DNA of 52,988 bases from Gemmatimonadales bacterium (GTDB lineage Bacteria > Gemmatimonadota > Gemmatimonadetes > Gemmatimonadales > GWC2-71-9): assembly GCA_050733035.1 (NCBI GenBank), contig JBOHSJ010000277.1, positions 1 through 52,988 of the forward strand, read 5' to 3'. This document shows, one piece after another, positions 50,418 to 52,988 of the stretch. A program made the translations under genes and the position numbers. The stretch's first letter is position 1; each line of letters begins with the position of its first letter. Below the pieces are notes generated by a model that worked only from the letters and a program-made list of their open reading frames with translations, was not told the origin of the DNA and did no database searches.

Positions 50418-51746
50418 GTGACTTCCCCTCCCGGTCTCCGGCGGACACTCGGCGCGCTCGAGTACTTCACATTCGGGTTTGGCAGCATGGTCGGCGTCGG
50501 CTGGCTCGTCATTATGGACGACTGGCTCGGCCGCGGCGGCCCCGCAGGGGCGATGCTGGGGTTCTTGGGCGTCGCGCTGCTGTTGCTGCCGATCGCGGTC
50601 ACCTACGGCCGGCTGGTCAGGACGATCCCCGATGCGGGCGCGGAGATCGCCTACACCGAGCGGGTCTTCCCGCGCTGGGTGAGCTTTGCGACGGGTTGGA
50701 TGATGGTGCTCGCGTATGCCATCGTCTGTCCCTGGGAAGCGGCCGCGATCGGCAATCTGCTGGCGAGGCTCATCCCAGCGATGAACGACGTGGCGCTGTA
50801 CACGGTGGCCGGCAAGGTCATTACCCTGCCGCGGCTCGTCGCCGGCCTCGGGCTGACCGCCTGGATCGCGTTCATCAATTACCGCGGCATTCGGACGAGC
50901 GGCCGATTCCAGGACTTCACCACCCTGGGGTTACTGGCGTGCTTCGCGCTGTTCGTCGTTTTGGGAGCTGCGCGGGGGAGCCCGGCGAACGTCGAACCTC
51001 TGTTCGCTCCGTCCGGGGCCTTCGTCTCCATCGTGCTGGTCGCACAGATCGCCCCGTATTTCCTGACCGGGTTCGAGTCGATTCCGAAGGCGTCCGAGGA
51101 AGCACGTCCCGATCTCGCGCCGGGGACCCTCAGCCGGATGATCATTCTCGCCGTCGTCGCCGGCGGCATGTTTTACGTCCTGGTGACCGGGGTGGTGAGC
51201 TGGGTGTATCCGTGGACCGATCTCGTCGAGCAGCACATCGGGACGGAGGCGGCGTTCGCGCGCGCGTTCGGGTCGCCGTGGATCGCGCGACTGATCCTCG
51301 CAGGTGCTCTGCTTTCGTTGTTCAAGGTGCTCAACGGCAACTTCGTCGCGGCAACCCGGCTCGTGTACGCGCTCGGGCGCCGCGGCCTTGTCACCCCCGC
51401 ATTCGGCGCGGTGAATGCGCGCTTCGGCACTCCGGCGTTCGCGGTCGTGCTGGTCGCCGCGGTCACGGCGCTGGGCCCAGTCCTCGGCGATGCGGTGCTG
51501 GTGCCGATATCCGAAGTCGGAGCCGGCGTCGGCGCAATCGGATGGCTCGCGGCGTGCGCGGCCTTCGTCGCACTGGCGCGGCGCAGCGGAAATCGAAATG
51601 GCATCCCGCTTGCCGTGCTGGGCGCGGTCGTGAGTGTGGCGATCGGATTGATGAAGGTGATGCCCGGAGTCCCGGGCAGTTTCGGCTGGCTGGAATGGAC
51701 TGTGCTGGGCGCTTGGTGCGTGCTAGGCCTTTTGCTCCGCCACTAG
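50418..51746 (+). CDS. APC-superfamily amino acid / polyamine permease (12 TM)
   Basis: The GTG directly follows the upstream stop. Motif FGFGSMVGVGWLV (GSGIF-like). 442 aa of alternating TM helices. Confidence 0.8.
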   Translation: MTSPPGLRRTLGALEYFTFGFGSMVGVGWLVIMDDWLGRGGPAGAMLGFLGVALLLLPIAVTYGRLVRTIPDAGAEIAYTERVFPRWVSFATGWMMVLAYAIVCPWEAAAIGNLLARLIPAMNDVALYTVAGKVITLPRLVAGLGLTAWIAFINYRGIRTSGRFQDFTTLGLLACFALFVVLGAARGSPANVEPLFAPSGAFVSIVLVAQIAPYFLTGFESIPKASEEARPDLAPGTLSRMIILAVVAGGMFYVLVTGVVSWVYPWTDLVEQHIGTEAAFARAFGSPWIARLILAGALLSLFKVLNGNFVAATRLVYALGRRGLVTPAFGAVNARFGTPAFAVVLVAAVTALGPVLGDAVLVPISEVGAGVGAIGWLAACAAFVALARRSGNRNGIPLAVLGAVVSVAIGLMKVMPGVPGSFGWLEWTVLGAWCVLGLLLRH

Positions 51747-52547
51747 GCCCTGCACCCACTTCTCCATCTGATCGAGATCGATGGCGGCATCGCGACACGG
51801 CCCGTTGGGGAGCTGCATCGTCAGGCCGAGCACGGGAAGCTTGCCGGCGACGTCGCGCAGCCCCGTCATCATGTCCCGCTCGCACGCCACGGCGACGACC
51901 GCACGGGGCCGGCGCTCGCGAATTACCCGGCGCGCGAGCTGGCCGCGCGTCGCGACGAAGACCGGAACCTCATAGCGTCCCGCGATCTCGAGCACGCCGT
52001 CGAGTGCCTGCTTCGATAGGCAGCGCGGAATCAAAACCAGCAGCTCGCCCTTCCCCACTCGCCGCCCGCGCCGCTCCGCCAGCGTGTTGTAAATGTCGAT
52101 CGCGGCGTGTTCGACCCAGTCGCGCTTCCCGAAGGCCCGCGCGACCAGGGACGTGTAGTTCATGAGCTGAAGGTAGGGACCGCGCTCCATCAGGCGCTCG
52201 GGGAGGAGATTCCGTCCACCGTAGAACGACGCCGCGAGCACGCTCACGTACAGCGTCTTGAGCCCGGCCAGAACACCGAGCGCGATCCAGAGGATTCGCG
52301 GCAGCGGCGCCCAAAGCGCGCCCAGGCGTGGGCCGACGAGATAAAGAAGAAGGGCAACCGCGAGCGTCGCGACCGCAACGGTCACCGCCGCGAAGCCGAA
52401 AAACAGTCCCGGTGCCGCCGAGAAGTCCCCGCGATTGGGCAACGGGCGACCGTTCCATTCGTCCCACTCGTGCCCCAAGCGCCGATCCACTTCGATGTGA
52501 ATCAGCTGCGCGCGAGGCTGCGGAGGAGCGGTCTGGGGGGCTGCCAC
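51723..52547 (-). CDS. DUF116 family membrane protein
   Basis: C-terminal part (LLVLIPRCLSKQ...VVAVACERDMMTG...NGPCRD) matches the DUF116 Cys pattern. TM helices upstream. The start is uncertain (GTG 52547 chosen; the ORF extends to 52628). 24-nt convergent overlap with the permease. Confidence 0.6.
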   Translation of the reverse strand: MAAPQTAPPQPRAQLIHIEVDRRLGHEWDEWNGRPLPNRGDFSAAPGLFFGFAAVTVAVATLAVALLLYLVGPRLGALWAPLPRILWIALGVLAGLKTLYVSVLAASFYGGRNLLPERLMERGPYLQLMNYTSLVARAFGKRDWVEHAAIDIYNTLAERRGRRVGKGELLVLIPRCLSKQALDGVLEIAGRYEVPVFVATRGQLARRVIRERRPRAVVAVACERDMMTGLRDVAGKLPVLGLTMQLPNGPCRDAAIDLDQMEKWVQGLVAEQKA

Positions 52548-52594
52548 GGGAAACGAAGCTTCACGTAGGGGTTCGCCGGTGTCAAGTTTCGGGC

Positions 52595-52988
52595 GTGTTG
52601 AACACCGACCCGCGCGTCCGCGCGGCATACGCGGAAGGCGCCGGGATCTATCGCATTGTCCCCGCCGCGGTGGCCCTCCCCCAGGACACCGGCGACGTCG
52701 TCGCGCTGGTGCGCCAGGCAGCCGAATCGCGAATGCCGCTCATTCCCCGGGGTGCCGGCAGCGGGATGGCGGGCGGCAATGTGGGGTCGGGAACGATTCT
52801 CGACCTGAGCGCGGGCTTCTCGGATCTCCGGATCGATCAGCACGCCCGCAGGGCACGCGCCGGCGCCTCCGTGACCTGGAGCCAGCTCAACGAAGCCGCC
52901 AAGCCGTACGGCCTGCGGCTGCCGCCCGATCCCTCGTCCGGACTCTTTGCGACCTGCGGCGGCATGGTCGCGACGAATGCCGCTGGGC
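52595..52988 (+). CDS. FAD-linked oxidase (GlcD / FAD_binding_4 family), 3' partial, runs off window end
   Basis: Not in the ORF track because no stop is reached. My own translation from GTG 52595: VLNTDPRVRAAYAEGAGIYRIVPAAVALPQDTGDVVALVRQAAESRMPLIPRGAGSGMAGGNVGSGTILDLS...GLFATCGGMVATNAAG, a typical FAD-binding PCMH N-terminus. Confidence 0.75.
   Translation, partial: MLNTDPRVRAAYAEGAGIYRIVPAAVALPQDTGDVVALVRQAAESRMPLIPRGAGSGMAGGNVGSGTILDLSAGFSDLRIDQHARRARAGASVTWSQLNEAAKPYGLRLPPDPSSGLFATCGGMVATNAAG

Overview
This is a GC-rich bacterial chromosomal segment (roughly two-thirds G+C by eye, not computed). It is extremely gene-dense, with about 54 CDS. Most gene junctions overlap by 1-23 nt (ATGA/GTGA/TGATG type) or are separated by fewer than 45 nt.

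The genes form long co-directional blocks:
- Minus block 16062->6203: GT2, orphan anti-sigma, secreted hypothetical, pncB, argC-argB-argD plus a short GNAT, pncA, serC-like aminotransferase, serA.
- Minus block 36403->22663: Big_2/TolB-like, MDR dehydrogenase, gyrA, threonine dehydratase, REC-GAF-GGDEF, Ser/Thr kinase, amidohydrolase, orphan E1-alpha, PQQ sugar dehydrogenase, dienelactone hydrolase.
- Plus block 36577->51746: Lys-rich small protein, SnoaL-like lipoprotein, two amidohydrolase lipoproteins, selD, USP, RNase H-like, dCMP deaminase, zinc-ribbon protein, tartrate/IPM dehydrogenase, thiolase, SPFH, hbd, DUF2231, permease.

The content is core-metabolic and housekeeping. I recognised no rRNA, tRNA, CRISPR array, transposase, integrase or phage gene, and I see no obvious multi-gene novel system such as a defence island. 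A soil Gemmatimonadota-like lineage is only a guess from protein style.

The features worth a second look are mostly at sequence level:
1. selD is itself a selenoprotein. It has an in-frame UGA at the catalytic Cys position and an fdhF-like SECIS hairpin, and the ORF track splits the gene.
2. A family of tandem octamer arrays, (GGWTGGGC)n, occurs as two inverted pairs at the 5' ends of two unrelated genes.
3. A perfect 20-bp inverted repeat and an 11-bp hairpin are embedded in frame in N-terminal linker regions of two exported proteins.
4. A 24-nt REP-like palindrome occurs twice at gene 3' ends.
5. Two genes have conserved or signal-peptide N-termini that can only be reached from non-ATG/GTG/TTG codons (CTG; ATT or CTG).
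6. A small independently transcribed poly-lysine protein.
7. An RNase HI homologue lacks two of the four canonical catalytic carboxylates.
8. A tandem ARG-box-like operator overlaps the argC start codon.

The many long ORFs antisense to, or out of frame with, these genes are treated as GC-driven artefacts.
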